Shown here piece after piece: positions 53,677-64,000 of a stretch of 64,000 nt of DNA. The translations under genes were made by a program, and so were the position numbers. Under the pieces are notes generated by a model, which did no database searches, was not told the DNA's origin, and saw only the letters and a program-made list of their open reading frames with translations. The stretch covers positions 1 through 64,000 of the IMG/VR virus record IMGVR_UViG_3300017917_001112. One strand, 5' to 3'. This DNA is from a virus. Position 1 is the stretch's first letter. The number at the start of each line of letters is the position of its first letter.

Positions 53677-56600
53677 ATGTCAAATGCCAAAGGTTCTGAC
53701 AAAAGTAACAAGATAAGCAGTACACCTAATAAGGTTACGGCAACATCTCGTTCAGAAACCAAAGGCATTTCTTCAGAAAATCTAAGACAGACAGTACAAA
53801 AAGCAGTCGCAATGCCTGCTGCAGCTGTTCGAGCAGCAATGGCAAGCGCACGCACTGGTGCTGCAGCTGTTCGAGTTGCTTACGATGTTCTTAGTAGACT
53901 TCTTACTCTTGTTGAGTCTGGTGTTGTTATCGATGCCAAAACTTTACAATTAACAAAAGCAGCAATTGATGCTGTTGGAATTACCGATGATGTTTCTATT
54001 GTCAATCTTGGTAAATTCCATGCTCAAATCGTCACACTTAATGATGTTCTTACTCGAGTTGTTTCGTTCTATAGATCGTATAACGATACAACAATATCTC
54101 AAGATCAACCAGCCAAGACAATATCCAAAGCACCATTCGCAGATACTGCGTCTTATACTGATGCACGTGTATTCACTGTAGGTAAAAACTTTACTGAGGT
54201 TTTACAATCATCTGATAACTTCAGTAAAGTTGTTACATTCTTGCGCAGTAAACAAGACATCATTCAAACTGCTGATGCGAAAACATTTGCAATAACTAAA
54301 CCAAAAACTGATGTTGTTTCTCTTGCTGATACTTTCCCCAAACTGATTAGTAAACCAAGATCTGATACATTTGGATTAAGTGATTCTGATATAATTAACT
54401 TTGGTAAAAATGTTAGCGAAATACTTAGAGGCAATGATTCGAGAACATTAGTATTTACTAAAAGAGTTTCTGATTTCTTATTGGTTGCTGATCAGTTTCT
54501 TGGTGAGTCAGGTGTTCTTGTCGTAAGTGATTCAGAAGTTGATCTTTCTGCTATCTCAGATTCGCTTGCAAGAATTGTTTCATTTGTTCGTTTTTTCCAA
54601 GATGTTGCAAGACCACAAGAAAATCTTTCTAGAGTTGTAAACAAACCAAGAACAGACAGACTTACAGTTAATCAACAATTAACAAGAGTTGTTTCGTTTA
54701 ATCGTGTTTTTAATGACACGGACACTGCAGTTGATGTATTTTCTAGAATTGTCAATTTCGTAAGAGCATATAGTGACACACTAACAATACCAGAATTACC
54801 AGCAAAATCATTAAGCAAAGCACCATTTAGTGATACTGAAGCAACAGCAGATGATTCAACAATACAATATTCTAAACTAAAACAAAATTTAATTGCAGCT
54901 GGAGACAGTTTTAATAAAATTGTTCAGTTCTCTCGCAGCTTTAACTCTGGCGCAAATACAGTTGATACTGCTGACATTATTGCAACGATAAAACAGTTTA
55001 ATCGTGCTTTCTCAGAAGTTCCAAACATTGTAGAAAACTTTAGTAAAGTTGTTTCTTACATCAGAAGCAAGTCAGATACCTCTTATCTAGCAGACAATTT
55101 TTCTAAGGTTGTTTCTTTCGTTCGTTTATTTTCCGAAACACCATCAGCAGTAGATAATTTTAGTAGAATAGTTTCTTATTTAAGATCGTTTAGTGACACT
55201 GCTGGCGCATCCGAAACATTTTCTCGTGTTGTTTTGTATCCAAGATCGTTCGCTGATGTTTCTAGATCAGCTGATCAAATTACAGCAAGAGTGTTTAGTA
55301 AAGTTCTTGCTGATGTTATTCGTGTTAGCGATAGTATGTACTTCAGTTCTATTATTGAACCAGCTGCATTTCCACCAGCAGATACACAAAGAATTACGGA
55401 TAGTGTTAGAAAAATTGTATCATATGTTAGAAATTATGCTGACACAGCAAAAGCACAAGATGCTGACACAATTACATACAATAAAGTTGCTGGTGCAAAT
55501 GTATTCAATGTCTGGTCCGACTTTAATGAACTTCAGGGAACATTTGAACTTTGTCAATATTATCCAGATTATAGAGTTGAATACCTAAAACTAAATGAAA
55601 CATTTGCTAAGAATTATTCTAAGCGAATTGGTCCATTTACATATTATTATGATGCTACTTGGACTGATTTTAATGAACTGTCGCTTGGTGCAACTATCGA
55701 TCAAGAAATTGCGCAAGAGTTTTGGAGACAAGCGTATTCATTAGATCACGATCTCGTAACCTTTACAGAAACATTTAGAAAAACTGTTTCTTATGTTAGA
55801 AGTTACTCAGACACTGCAGCAGGTTCTGATACTGCTGGAAGATTTTTATCTAGAACAGTTGGTGATGTAAGAAGTCGAGTATTTAATGATTTTGCTGAAC
55901 TATTTTATACACAAGAAACATATACAAATATTCGTGGTTATGGAGCAGTAATTTCTGTTTCTCTTGTTTCAGGTTCATATGTTGCAACAATAACAAATGC
56001 TGGAACAGGTTATACTGCAGGAAATTTGTTTACTGTTGATTTGGGTGGTGGTAAATCTTGTTCATTTACTGTTGCTACTATAAATGGAACTGGTGGTATT
56101 TTAACTATTTCTGGATTATCGGTTAATTTTTCAACAGTTAGATCTTCAGTTCTAAGTGATTTTTTAGATTTTACATATCCTATTATTGACGATAGCGAAA
56201 GCATTAATAACTTTACCATTACGTTCTCAGAAACAGGTCCATTTGTTTCTAACATTGGTCCAACAGCGTTAAGTCGTCACAATGTTTTAGGACAAGAATT
56301 ATTATTTACACTTCGTGATAAATCTGATGGGGATAAAGTTTCTTATACAGATTCAACAGCAAGAACATTTACTAAAATTGCTGTTGATCCATATCCACAA
56401 GGTTTTTGGAATGACTATAATGAATTGACATTTGGTGGTCTGCCATATTTGGATCAAGATTTAACACAAACATTTATTAAATCTAAACCAACAAGTGTTA
56501 CTATTCTTGATGTTTGTTCAAAAGCCACACTTGGTCTGACTAAAACCAATTCTGAAATTATTAACTTACTTGAAGTAAAAACTCTTACACTTCGTAAACC

Positions 56601-59001
56601 AAGTGCTGATACTGCAGCTGCTGGTAATGAAACATTAACAAAAGTTATAAACAAAACTGCTGGAGAAATTCAAGTAAATACTTGGACAGATTTACAAGAA
56701 TTTATTTTCTCTGGAATAATGGGTATTGACTATGGAACAAAATATGATGCTATTCTTGTTCCCGATTTGGCAGCAAAAGGATTTACAAAAACATTATATT
56801 TCGATTCGTATGTTTGGAGAGATTATAATGATTTAACATTCGCAACAGCAACGGATCAATTCTCTACATTTACGTGGGGAACTAGAGAATACACAGAAAT
56901 AACTAGAGTTGCTGATGATGCTAGAAGATCTATAAGACCAAATAAATCAGAACAAATCAACCTAGCAGAAGGAATTGGTAAAGAAGTTTCTATTGATGGT
57001 GGTGATGGTCGTTTAGCATCATATTTCCGTGATTGGCTTGGTATTAATCCTATTGGAGAACACAGTATTACTGGTGAACCAATTATGGATGAAGAGTTAA
57101 CATTAACATTTGTTCCAGGTAGCAAAACAGATTTTGTTAGAACAACAGATTCTGCTCCAAAAACATTTACGAAGTCACCAATTATCAGAGTGTCGCCATA
57201 TTGGAGTGACTTTGCTGAGTTAACATTGGCAACAGCATATGACCAAGAGTTGGTTCAGTATCAACCAACAACAAGACCAGAGACTATTAAAACTGCTGAT
57301 CTATTCACTAAAATTTGGACAGCATCTAGAACATTTAATGACACAGTTACAATAACTGATTCATTGTTATTATCTAAGAATGGTGGACCGCTATTCACAT
57401 TGCTTTATGGCACCAATGACATTTCAAGAGCATCTGAATCTCTTGCTAGATACATCGGTTTGGCAGCAGGTAATGTTTCTTCATATTATAGCACTTGGCA
57501 AGATTATCCAGAACTTGAAGTATCTTTAGAATTAGCGCAATATTATTATCGTGGAACAGATTCTACAGTTGATATTGGTAAAATTACTGATCAAAAGGCA
57601 AACCTGTTTACAAAACAGGGTGGTAGAACACAAAGTATCATGGACTATTCCTTCAATGAGGAAATATTCTATGATAGAGATTTGCGTTTACAATTTGCTC
57701 AGGATTATGTAACAGAAATAATTAGACCAGTCGAAGTTATTACATTAGATTATGGAAAAAATCCAGTAGAATTTGTTCGTTTAACAGAAACAATGCCAAG
57801 GTATATAACAAAACCATATATTGGCGACACTACTGTTTCTGTTGATAGAAATATATGGAATCCTCTTTACATCGCATATGTAAGTAACTATGAGGAAGAT
57901 ATTCGTCTTGGCAATTATCCAGATTACAAAATTGATAGAGTTACATTACCAGACACTGATGTAATTAATTACACAAAAGTTGGTGGACAATCACCAGTAA
58001 ATACTTGGAATGACTATTTAGAAACAGCAAGATCTGTTTATGATTTAACATTGTTGACATATGGCTATTATGGACCATCGAACAATGCATTTCCTTATAC
58101 AATATTCAATAAGTATACTGAGGAATTTGTTTACGAAGAACTATATGAGCTGATTAGAACTCCATTTAGAACAGAGTTTTTAGATGCTGCTGATGCGTTA
58201 TTTAGAACTGTAAATTTCAACAGAGTTTATACAGAAACAACGACAGCTGTTTCCCAACCAAGCATTCAGTTTTCTCCAGCAGCAAAAGCGGAGATTATAA
58301 CTGCTGGATTTAATAGCAACAGACAATTCGGAAAAACTGCTGGTTCTAATGTATGGCAAGTTTGGAATGATTATAATGAATTGCATCCATTTAATGAACT
58401 TGCTCAAAATTATCCAGATTACAGAGTTGAGTATTTAACTTCAGTTGATGTAACTGTAAAAAAACCAACAAAAGGTTTAAGCGATGTTCCAAGAGCGACT
58501 GATTCTGTTATATTTGTTAAGGGCAAAAATCCAAGCGATTTACCAAGAGCAACTGATTTGCCACAAAAAGGATATAGCAAAATCCTTGGCGATCAATCTG
58601 ACTTCTTCTGGATTGATTCATATGAAGTATTAAGTTTTGATCCAAGATTATTGACATTTGGAGCATATACAGAGTTTAAGAGAGATAAAGCAAGAACCGC
58701 AGACTCTGACACTATACAATATGGCAAACAGGGTGGCTCATATAGAGCACACATCTGGAACGATTATATGGAACTCGAAAATTTTAACGAGTTAACACAA
58801 TATTGGCCAGATTATGTAACTGAACTGATGTTGCCAGCAGATGAAACGATATTCAGTGTAACAAAAAGAGTTTCGGATACATTCGAAGCGAACACGTCAG
58901 GTGCAGCAAGATTATATCCACCAAATGGCTACGCAACTAATACTCCAATCATCTATTTTGCGGACGATTATGAGCAAAGTATCGTAACCTCAACATTTTG
59001 A
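53677..59001 (+). CDS. large repetitive virion (tail/fibre-like) protein, 1774 aa
   Basis: tandem ~19-aa D.F.[KR].VS[FY].R.FSD repeats and recurrent W.D[YF].EL motifs. Confidence 0.7.
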   Translation: MSNAKGSDKSNKISSTPNKVTATSRSETKGISSENLRQTVQKAVAMPAAAVRAAMASARTGAAAVRVAYDVLSRLLTLVESGVVIDAKTLQLTKAAIDAVGITDDVSIVNLGKFHAQIVTLNDVLTRVVSFYRSYNDTTISQDQPAKTISKAPFADTASYTDARVFTVGKNFTEVLQSSDNFSKVVTFLRSKQDIIQTADAKTFAITKPKTDVVSLADTFPKLISKPRSDTFGLSDSDIINFGKNVSEILRGNDSRTLVFTKRVSDFLLVADQFLGESGVLVVSDSEVDLSAISDSLARIVSFVRFFQDVARPQENLSRVVNKPRTDRLTVNQQLTRVVSFNRVFNDTDTAVDVFSRIVNFVRAYSDTLTIPELPAKSLSKAPFSDTEATADDSTIQYSKLKQNLIAAGDSFNKIVQFSRSFNSGANTVDTADIIATIKQFNRAFSEVPNIVENFSKVVSYIRSKSDTSYLADNFSKVVSFVRLFSETPSAVDNFSRIVSYLRSFSDTAGASETFSRVVLYPRSFADVSRSADQITARVFSKVLADVIRVSDSMYFSSIIEPAAFPPADTQRITDSVRKIVSYVRNYADTAKAQDADTITYNKVAGANVFNVWSDFNELQGTFELCQYYPDYRVEYLKLNETFAKNYSKRIGPFTYYYDATWTDFNELSLGATIDQEIAQEFWRQAYSLDHDLVTFTETFRKTVSYVRSYSDTAAGSDTAGRFLSRTVGDVRSRVFNDFAELFYTQETYTNIRGYGAVISVSLVSGSYVATITNAGTGYTAGNLFTVDLGGGKSCSFTVATINGTGGILTISGLSVNFSTVRSSVLSDFLDFTYPIIDDSESINNFTITFSETGPFVSNIGPTALSRHNVLGQELLFTLRDKSDGDKVSYTDSTARTFTKIAVDPYPQGFWNDYNELTFGGLPYLDQDLTQTFIKSKPTSVTILDVCSKATLGLTKTNSEIINLLEVKTLTLRKPSADTAAAGNETLTKVINKTAGEIQVNTWTDLQEFIFSGIMGIDYGTKYDAILVPDLAAKGFTKTLYFDSYVWRDYNDLTFATATDQFSTFTWGTREYTEITRVADDARRSIRPNKSEQINLAEGIGKEVSIDGGDGRLASYFRDWLGINPIGEHSITGEPIMDEELTLTFVPGSKTDFVRTTDSAPKTFTKSPIIRVSPYWSDFAELTLATAYDQELVQYQPTTRPETIKTADLFTKIWTASRTFNDTVTITDSLLLSKNGGPLFTLLYGTNDISRASESLARYIGLAAGNVSSYYSTWQDYPELEVSLELAQYYYRGTDSTVDIGKITDQKANLFTKQGGRTQSIMDYSFNEEIFYDRDLRLQFAQDYVTEIIRPVEVITLDYGKNPVEFVRLTETMPRYITKPYIGDTTVSVDRNIWNPLYIAYVSNYEEDIRLGNYPDYKIDRVTLPDTDVINYTKVGGQSPVNTWNDYLETARSVYDLTLLTYGYYGPSNNAFPYTIFNKYTEEFVYEELYELIRTPFRTEFLDAADALFRTVNFNRVYTETTTAVSQPSIQFSPAAKAEIITAGFNSNRQFGKTAGSNVWQVWNDYNELHPFNELAQNYPDYRVEYLTSVDVTVKKPTKGLSDVPRATDSVIFVKGKNPSDLPRATDLPQKGYSKILGDQSDFFWIDSYEVLSFDPRLLTFGAYTEFKRDKARTADSDTIQYGKQGGSYRAHIWNDYMELENFNELTQYWPDYVTELMLPADETIFSVTKRVSDTFEANTSGAARLYPPNGYATNTPIIYFADDYEQSIVTSTF

Positions 59002-59005
59002 AGTT

Positions 59006-59013
59006 TATAAATA
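59006..59013 (+). promoter_or_regulatory. T4-type late promoter TATAAATA
   Basis: exact consensus in an intergenic region. Confidence 0.75.
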
Positions 59014-59061
59014 AAACAGTAGAAATTTGATTCCTACCATAGATCTAAGGAGAAAAAAACA

Positions 59062-59529
59062 ATGATTTACGAAGATTTAGCTGCAGTTGGACGCCTGAAA
59101 ATTCAGGTTATTAGTCCAGATGGCAAAGTTAAAGATGAGAGAGAAGTTAAGAACTTAGTTGTCGATAGTGGTAAAACATTTATCGCAGCTTCTATGCTCA
59201 AAACAACAACAAACTCACCAGCTGCTATGACACACATGGCGATTGGTACCAACGCTACTGCTGCAGCTGCAGGTGATACTGCCCTTGGTGGAGAGGTTGG
59301 AACACGTGTTACATTTTCACCAGCAGCTTCAAATGCCTCGAACGTAGTCACTTACGTTGGTACATTCCTACCAAACAATCCATCTACTTCGCAAGGTATT
59401 CAAGAAGCAGGTATTTTCAACAATAGTTCTGGTGGAACAATGTTGTGTCGTACTACTTTTGCTGTTGTTAATAAAGACCCAGCAGATACATTAGCAATTA
59501 CTTGGACAATCACAATCAACGCACCTTAA
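59062..59529 (+). CDS. tail fibre N-terminal/collar-like structural protein
   Basis: KNLVVDSG...HMAIGT....A.GDTALGGE...EAGIFN...GTMLCRT.F.V.NK...D.L.ITWTI. Confidence 0.75.
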   Translation: MIYEDLAAVGRLKIQVISPDGKVKDEREVKNLVVDSGKTFIAASMLKTTTNSPAAMTHMAIGTNATAAAAGDTALGGEVGTRVTFSPAASNASNVVTYVGTFLPNNPSTSQGIQEAGIFNNSSGGTMLCRTTFAVVNKDPADTLAITWTITINAP

Positions 59530-59543
59530 TATAGGGGTTTGAT

Positions 59544-60011
59544 GTGGCTGGCAATTTAACGCTAAGAACATTAAGTAACGCAGGAGATACCACAAAAGGA
59601 TCTCCTCTTACTGCTTCTGAGATTGATCAAAATTTCATCAATCTGAGAGATGCAGCGACTGTTACATTGTTGGATGAATTAACAAACAACTTTGATGGAT
59701 CAACAAAATCATTTTCGTTGACCTATAATACAGTTCCTGTTAGTGTTAGCAGTCCACATGCGCTGTTAGTATCTCTTGGCAATTTGTTGCTGACACCATA
59801 TAGTGTTAATACATACGAAGAGTATGTATTTCAACAAGAAGTGGATGTTGTTCTTGAGGGTGACTATACTGTTTCTGGAAGTAATATTACTTTCGTAAAC
59901 GCACCCAACAGAGGACAAAAATTTTATGGAAGATTGTTGGGAACATATGTTAATAGTGTTAACACTGCAACAAGGAATATTTTCAGAGCAATCCCAATTG
60001 TGCTTTCTTAA
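59544..60011 (+). CDS. virion structural protein
   Basis: TKGSPLT..EID.NF.NL motif; FDG.TK.F.L. Confidence 0.65.
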   Translation: MAGNLTLRTLSNAGDTTKGSPLTASEIDQNFINLRDAATVTLLDELTNNFDGSTKSFSLTYNTVPVSVSSPHALLVSLGNLLLTPYSVNTYEEYVFQQEVDVVLEGDYTVSGSNITFVNAPNRGQKFYGRLLGTYVNSVNTATRNIFRAIPIVLS

Positions 60012-60058
60012 GTAAACTAAATAAAGAAAATTGGACTAATAATCAACGGAGACTAAAA

Positions 60059-63000
60059 ATGGCAAGAAATGTCCTACCTGATCAATATTATACATTTGAC
60101 CCATCAACAAGAACAATTACACTAAGACGTGCTGTCAAACGTGAATCGCTCCTGTTGATTACCAATGTAACAACAAATACAGTGATTTACAACTTCAGTG
60201 ATCCAAACCTGAAGGCAACATCTTACACGCACACTACAGGTGGTGCAGCGTTAGGATACCAAAGTGATGCGATTACAACAATCGTATTACAATACAATAC
60301 AACATCCATGTCGGCAACTGATAAATTACAAGTTATCGTTGACGAATACGAAAGTAAGTTTACTCCTGGCGAAACATTAATGGATCCAGTTGGTAAATTC
60401 CGTACTTCTCAGCCACAATCTTTAATTGATACTGACTTTGAATATGGTTTACAGCCAACTAAATGGGAACAATTATCATTAATCAATAATCGTCCATCCG
60501 CTTTCATTAACTTGGATCGTCCAAACTTTGGTCGTTCTCAAGCATCCGCTACAACTATTACTAACTTAACAGTATCAAATGGATCTCGTCTTGTTACTGT
60601 TACTGTTGGCGCTTCCACTGGTTTCGCAGTTGGTCAAATGGTATTGATCCAAGATTCTGCTTGGGCTCCAGCTAATGGTCTTTTTATGATCGAAACAGTT
60701 CCAAGTGGTACTACTTTCACTTATAAAGCAAACGAAGCATGGATAACTGGTGCTACACCATCAACCGATATTAATGATGCTAATATCCCAACAACAATTT
60801 ATGACGCACAGTTTTTTACTGGCGCAGGTTTGGGTGGTACACCAACATATGCTGCTCCATCTGGTCAGTTACAACAAGTTACTTGCACATTACCACATGG
60901 TCTTGAGATTGGTAACGAAATTGCTTTGATTAACAGCAAAACAGGTGGTGCAACAGATTCTCAATATGGTAATCACTTTGTTTACTCTATTCTATCACCA
61001 ACTGTATTCTGCTACTACACAGATACTACTGCTAACGCTGGTGCTCCAACAGGTTCTGCTAACACCATTTACATGCGTCCTCCTGGAACATCAAATCATC
61101 GTCCATTTGATGGTGGTGTAACATTCTCTACAAATACACCTTCTCACAATCAACAAATGATTCGTCAGACACGTCGTTACTTCCGTTACCAGTCTGGTAA
61201 AGGTGTTCAAGTATCGACTGGTACAGCACTAAAGTCACAGATTTCTGTTGATGCGATGACATCATCAGGCTCTACTGTAACTGTTTACACCAAGTTCCCA
61301 CACAACTTACAGCCAACAGTTAGTATTAAAGTGTTTGGCGCAACCGAATCTGCATATAACGGAACATACACTGTAACACGTGTAATTGATCGTTATCGTT
61401 TTGAATATACTGCTTCTGGTACACCATCAGCAGCAACAGCTTCTGGTAACTTCCAAATCAGTGTTGACTCATGGTATGGTGGTACAAACCGCACTGGTAT
61501 ATTTGACAGTCAGAATGGTATCTTCTTTGAACACGATGGACAAGGACTGTTTGCTGTTCGTCGCTCTTCAACATATCAAATCGGTGGTTTCGTTTCCATC
61601 AACGCTGCTGATAACACAGTTACTGGTTTAACAACAAATGGTGTAACAACTCAGTTCGCTAAACAATTACAACCAAACGATTTTATCGTATTGCGTGGTC
61701 ATACTTATCGTGTTCTAAACATCGCTTCTGACACAAGCATGACAATTTACCCAGCATATCGTGGTACTTCTAACTTGACAAAAGGTATTATTTCTAAGAC
61801 AGTCGATACCAGAGTTGCACAATCTGCTTGGAACATGGATCGTTGCGATGGTACAGGTCCAAGTGGCTTTATTTTAGATACATCTAAGATGCAAATGTAC
61901 TACATGGATTACTCATGGTACGGTGCTGGTTACATTCGTTGGGGTTTCCGTGCTGCTGATGGTAACATTATTTACTGTCACAGACAAATGAATAACAACT
62001 TGAATTCTGAAGCATATATGCGTTCTGGTAACTTACCAGCTCGCTATGAGACAAATACTATTTCTAAGTATACATTCTCTACTGCTACTTTCGGTTCTTC
62101 TGATACAACAATCAACGTAGCATCAACTACCGAATTTCCAAGTTCTGGCACATTGATGGTCCGCAACGGCACTCAAACAGAATATATTAACTACACAACC
62201 AAATCAGCTACTACATTTGGTGGTATTACTCGTGGTCAAGCAGGTGCTTCTATAAGCAGCACACATACTAGTGGTTCTAATACAGTAACTGTTTCTTCAA
62301 CAACAGGTGTTCAGGTTGGACAGTTTGTCGTACCTCCTTCTTTGGGCATTTTCCCACACGGTACATATGTTGTAAGTTTTATTGCTAATACATCGATCAC
62401 ACTAAGTCGTGCTGCTCAGTCTTCAGCAACTACTACATTGGTATACGCTCCAATGGGTCAAACTGCTCAGACATTTACATACTCAGCAACAGCACCAACA
62501 ACTGTTCAGTTGCACGCTCCGCTAGTTGGTTCACAAATTAACCACTGGGGTACTTCCGTAATGATGGATGGTCGCTTCGATGACGATAAATCATTCGTGT
62601 TCTTGCGTGGTATGACAGCACCAATTAACATTGGTATTGGCGCAACAAACGCATTGTTGGCTCTACGTATCGCACCTCACGTATCGAACGGATCAGCTGC
62701 TTCTGCAATTAGTTCTCGTGATATCGTAAACCGCATGCAAATGGTTCTACGTCAAATCGGTATTCTATCTAATGGACGTTTCCTAGTTCAGTTGTTCTTG
62801 AACTCAACCCCATCATCTGCTGGTACATGGGTATCACAAGGTGGTTCGTCATTGGCTCAGTATATCATCTACACAGCTGGTACAACAATGTCTGGTGGTG
62901 AAATTATCGGTGGTTTCTATACAAACCCAGGATCTGGTACTGGTTATACAACAACAACCAGCGATTTGAATCTTGTCCGTGATCTAGGTAACTCTATCCT

Positions 63001-63136
63001 TGGTGGTGGTGGTACTGCTGGTAACACAAACATTTATCCAGATGGTCCAGATACTATTCACGTTGTTGTAACAAATATTACTGGTACTGCACAGGATATT
63101 GCTTGTCGTGTGGCTTGGACTGAAGCACAAGCATAA
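60059..63136 (+). CDS. virion structural / tail fibre protein (1025 aa)
   Basis: DPVGKFRTSQPQSLIDTDFEYGLQPTKWE, RQTRRYFRYQSGKG, YSWYGAG.IR.G, HWGTSVMMDG.FD.DK. Confidence 0.75.
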   Translation: MARNVLPDQYYTFDPSTRTITLRRAVKRESLLLITNVTTNTVIYNFSDPNLKATSYTHTTGGAALGYQSDAITTIVLQYNTTSMSATDKLQVIVDEYESKFTPGETLMDPVGKFRTSQPQSLIDTDFEYGLQPTKWEQLSLINNRPSAFINLDRPNFGRSQASATTITNLTVSNGSRLVTVTVGASTGFAVGQMVLIQDSAWAPANGLFMIETVPSGTTFTYKANEAWITGATPSTDINDANIPTTIYDAQFFTGAGLGGTPTYAAPSGQLQQVTCTLPHGLEIGNEIALINSKTGGATDSQYGNHFVYSILSPTVFCYYTDTTANAGAPTGSANTIYMRPPGTSNHRPFDGGVTFSTNTPSHNQQMIRQTRRYFRYQSGKGVQVSTGTALKSQISVDAMTSSGSTVTVYTKFPHNLQPTVSIKVFGATESAYNGTYTVTRVIDRYRFEYTASGTPSAATASGNFQISVDSWYGGTNRTGIFDSQNGIFFEHDGQGLFAVRRSSTYQIGGFVSINAADNTVTGLTTNGVTTQFAKQLQPNDFIVLRGHTYRVLNIASDTSMTIYPAYRGTSNLTKGIISKTVDTRVAQSAWNMDRCDGTGPSGFILDTSKMQMYYMDYSWYGAGYIRWGFRAADGNIIYCHRQMNNNLNSEAYMRSGNLPARYETNTISKYTFSTATFGSSDTTINVASTTEFPSSGTLMVRNGTQTEYINYTTKSATTFGGITRGQAGASISSTHTSGSNTVTVSSTTGVQVGQFVVPPSLGIFPHGTYVVSFIANTSITLSRAAQSSATTTLVYAPMGQTAQTFTYSATAPTTVQLHAPLVGSQINHWGTSVMMDGRFDDDKSFVFLRGMTAPINIGIGATNALLALRIAPHVSNGSAASAISSRDIVNRMQMVLRQIGILSNGRFLVQLFLNSTPSSAGTWVSQGGSSLAQYIIYTAGTTMSGGEIIGGFYTNPGSGTGYTTTTSDLNLVRDLGNSILGGGGTAGNTNIYPDGPDTIHVVVTNITGTAQDIACRVAWTEAQA

Positions 63137-63146
63137 TGATGTGTAA

Positions 63147-64000
63147 ATGTCAACAGAACTATCTTTACCTCAAAATGGTCTAAGAGTAGGTGATCAAATT
63201 GTTGCTGAGGGAGATAATGTCTCCCTTGGTAATAATGTTGGCGTTAGAAACGATCTCCGTGTTGGCAACACCCTTTATACGAAGCGTGTTGCCTCACCAT
63301 TTGTGACGACATATCATGACATTAATAGTCAAAATGTTGTTATAGATTGTAATTATCAAACGCACAATGTTATTCTTCGAGCAAATGCAACAGGAATTAC
63401 ATTTAACAACGTCCCACCCTCTACTGACGGATCTCTTATCATTACCGTATATTTTAATCAAGATACGGTAGGTGGTAGAGCAATCTCATGGAACACAGCA
63501 ACTAATATTCGTTGGCCAAATACTGGTTTATCTGCTGGTAATCCAATTTATCCAGCATTACAATCATTACCAAACAGAATTGATGTTTTTAAATTTGTAA
63601 CTTTTGATGGTGGAACTTCTTGGATTGGCTATCTAGACAATCCAGTAACATATTTGGATGTGCCTTCAATACAGTATTTGACTACTGCTATGAATGCACC
63701 AACTGTTGTTCAGGAGAGATTCTTTACAACAATGCCAACTTCGCATATATCAACAGCCACAACAACACCTGCTGATGCTCCTCTGACAGCTACCATAACA
63801 CCAAAGTTCGCAAATAGCAGAATAGAAGTTGTTTTCTTTTCAACCATGGCTTATGGTGCTGCTGCTTCATCTCAACTTGGCGCAATATTGTTGCGTGATA
63901 TCAATGGTGGTGGATACACCACATTAACTCCAAGAACTGGTAGCGCAAGTAGATATACATATGGTTGGTTCTATAAAGAGAGTGGATGGGACGAGGCAAC
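63147..64000 (+). CDS. tail fibre-like protein (3' truncated by window edge)
   Basis: read manually from MSTELSLPQ; QD.VGGR.ISW...IRWP...D.F.F.T.DGG..W motif. Confidence 0.65.
   Translation, partial: MSTELSLPQNGLRVGDQIVAEGDNVSLGNNVGVRNDLRVGNTLYTKRVASPFVTTYHDINSQNVVIDCNYQTHNVILRANATGITFNNVPPSTDGSLIITVYFNQDTVGGRAISWNTATNIRWPNTGLSAGNPIYPALQSLPNRIDVFKFVTFDGGTSWIGYLDNPVTYLDVPSIQYLTTAMNAPTVVQERFFTTMPTSHISTATTTPADAPLTATITPKFANSRIEVVFFSTMAYGAAASSQLGAILLRDINGGGYTTLTPRTGSASRYTYGWFYKESGWDEA

Noticed and set aside
36817-59001. Introns, inteins or diversity-generating retroelement repeats in the giant structural genes
   Set aside because: Frames are continuous; no intein ends, homing endonuclease, reverse transcriptase or adenine-specific repeat pair was seen by eye

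Overview
AT-rich 64-kb segment of a large T4-like (Tevenvirinae-related) myovirus genome. The host is probably a betaproteobacterium, inferred weakly from the tmRNA tag ANDEVYALAA and perfect sigma70 promoters. From ~18.8 kb to the end it is conserved T4 core: gp33, gp59, gp32, baseplate/tail genes (gp29?, 51, 26, 54, 48, 53, 27, 5, 5.4, 25, 6, 7, 8), gp2, gp4, a displaced gp16, a holin and very large virion proteins. The first ~14 kb is a dense translation/RNA-rescue island. It holds a circularly permuted two-piece tmRNA near ClpP, MazG, 27 tRNAs covering all 20 amino acids, a phosphoesterase, an RNase H-like YkuK protein and a Ro60/TROVE-like (DUF2828-type) vWA protein. Two candidate undescribed systems stand out. 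(1) Five ncRNA-like elements share a closing stem plus a CAGCAA motif (AGRAT..TNCAGCAA...ATYCT-GTT) but enclose different cargo: a bare anticodon arm, a circularly permuted tRNA, an acceptor-less tRNA and two multi-hairpin RNAs. They are linked to the Ro60-like gene and look like a new Y-RNA-like family. (2) An attenuator upstream of the tRNA array has a 40-codon leader peptide containing all 20 amino acids and 34 different codons, which could sense depletion of almost any tRNA. All protein calls come from motif recognition and synteny; no searches were run.
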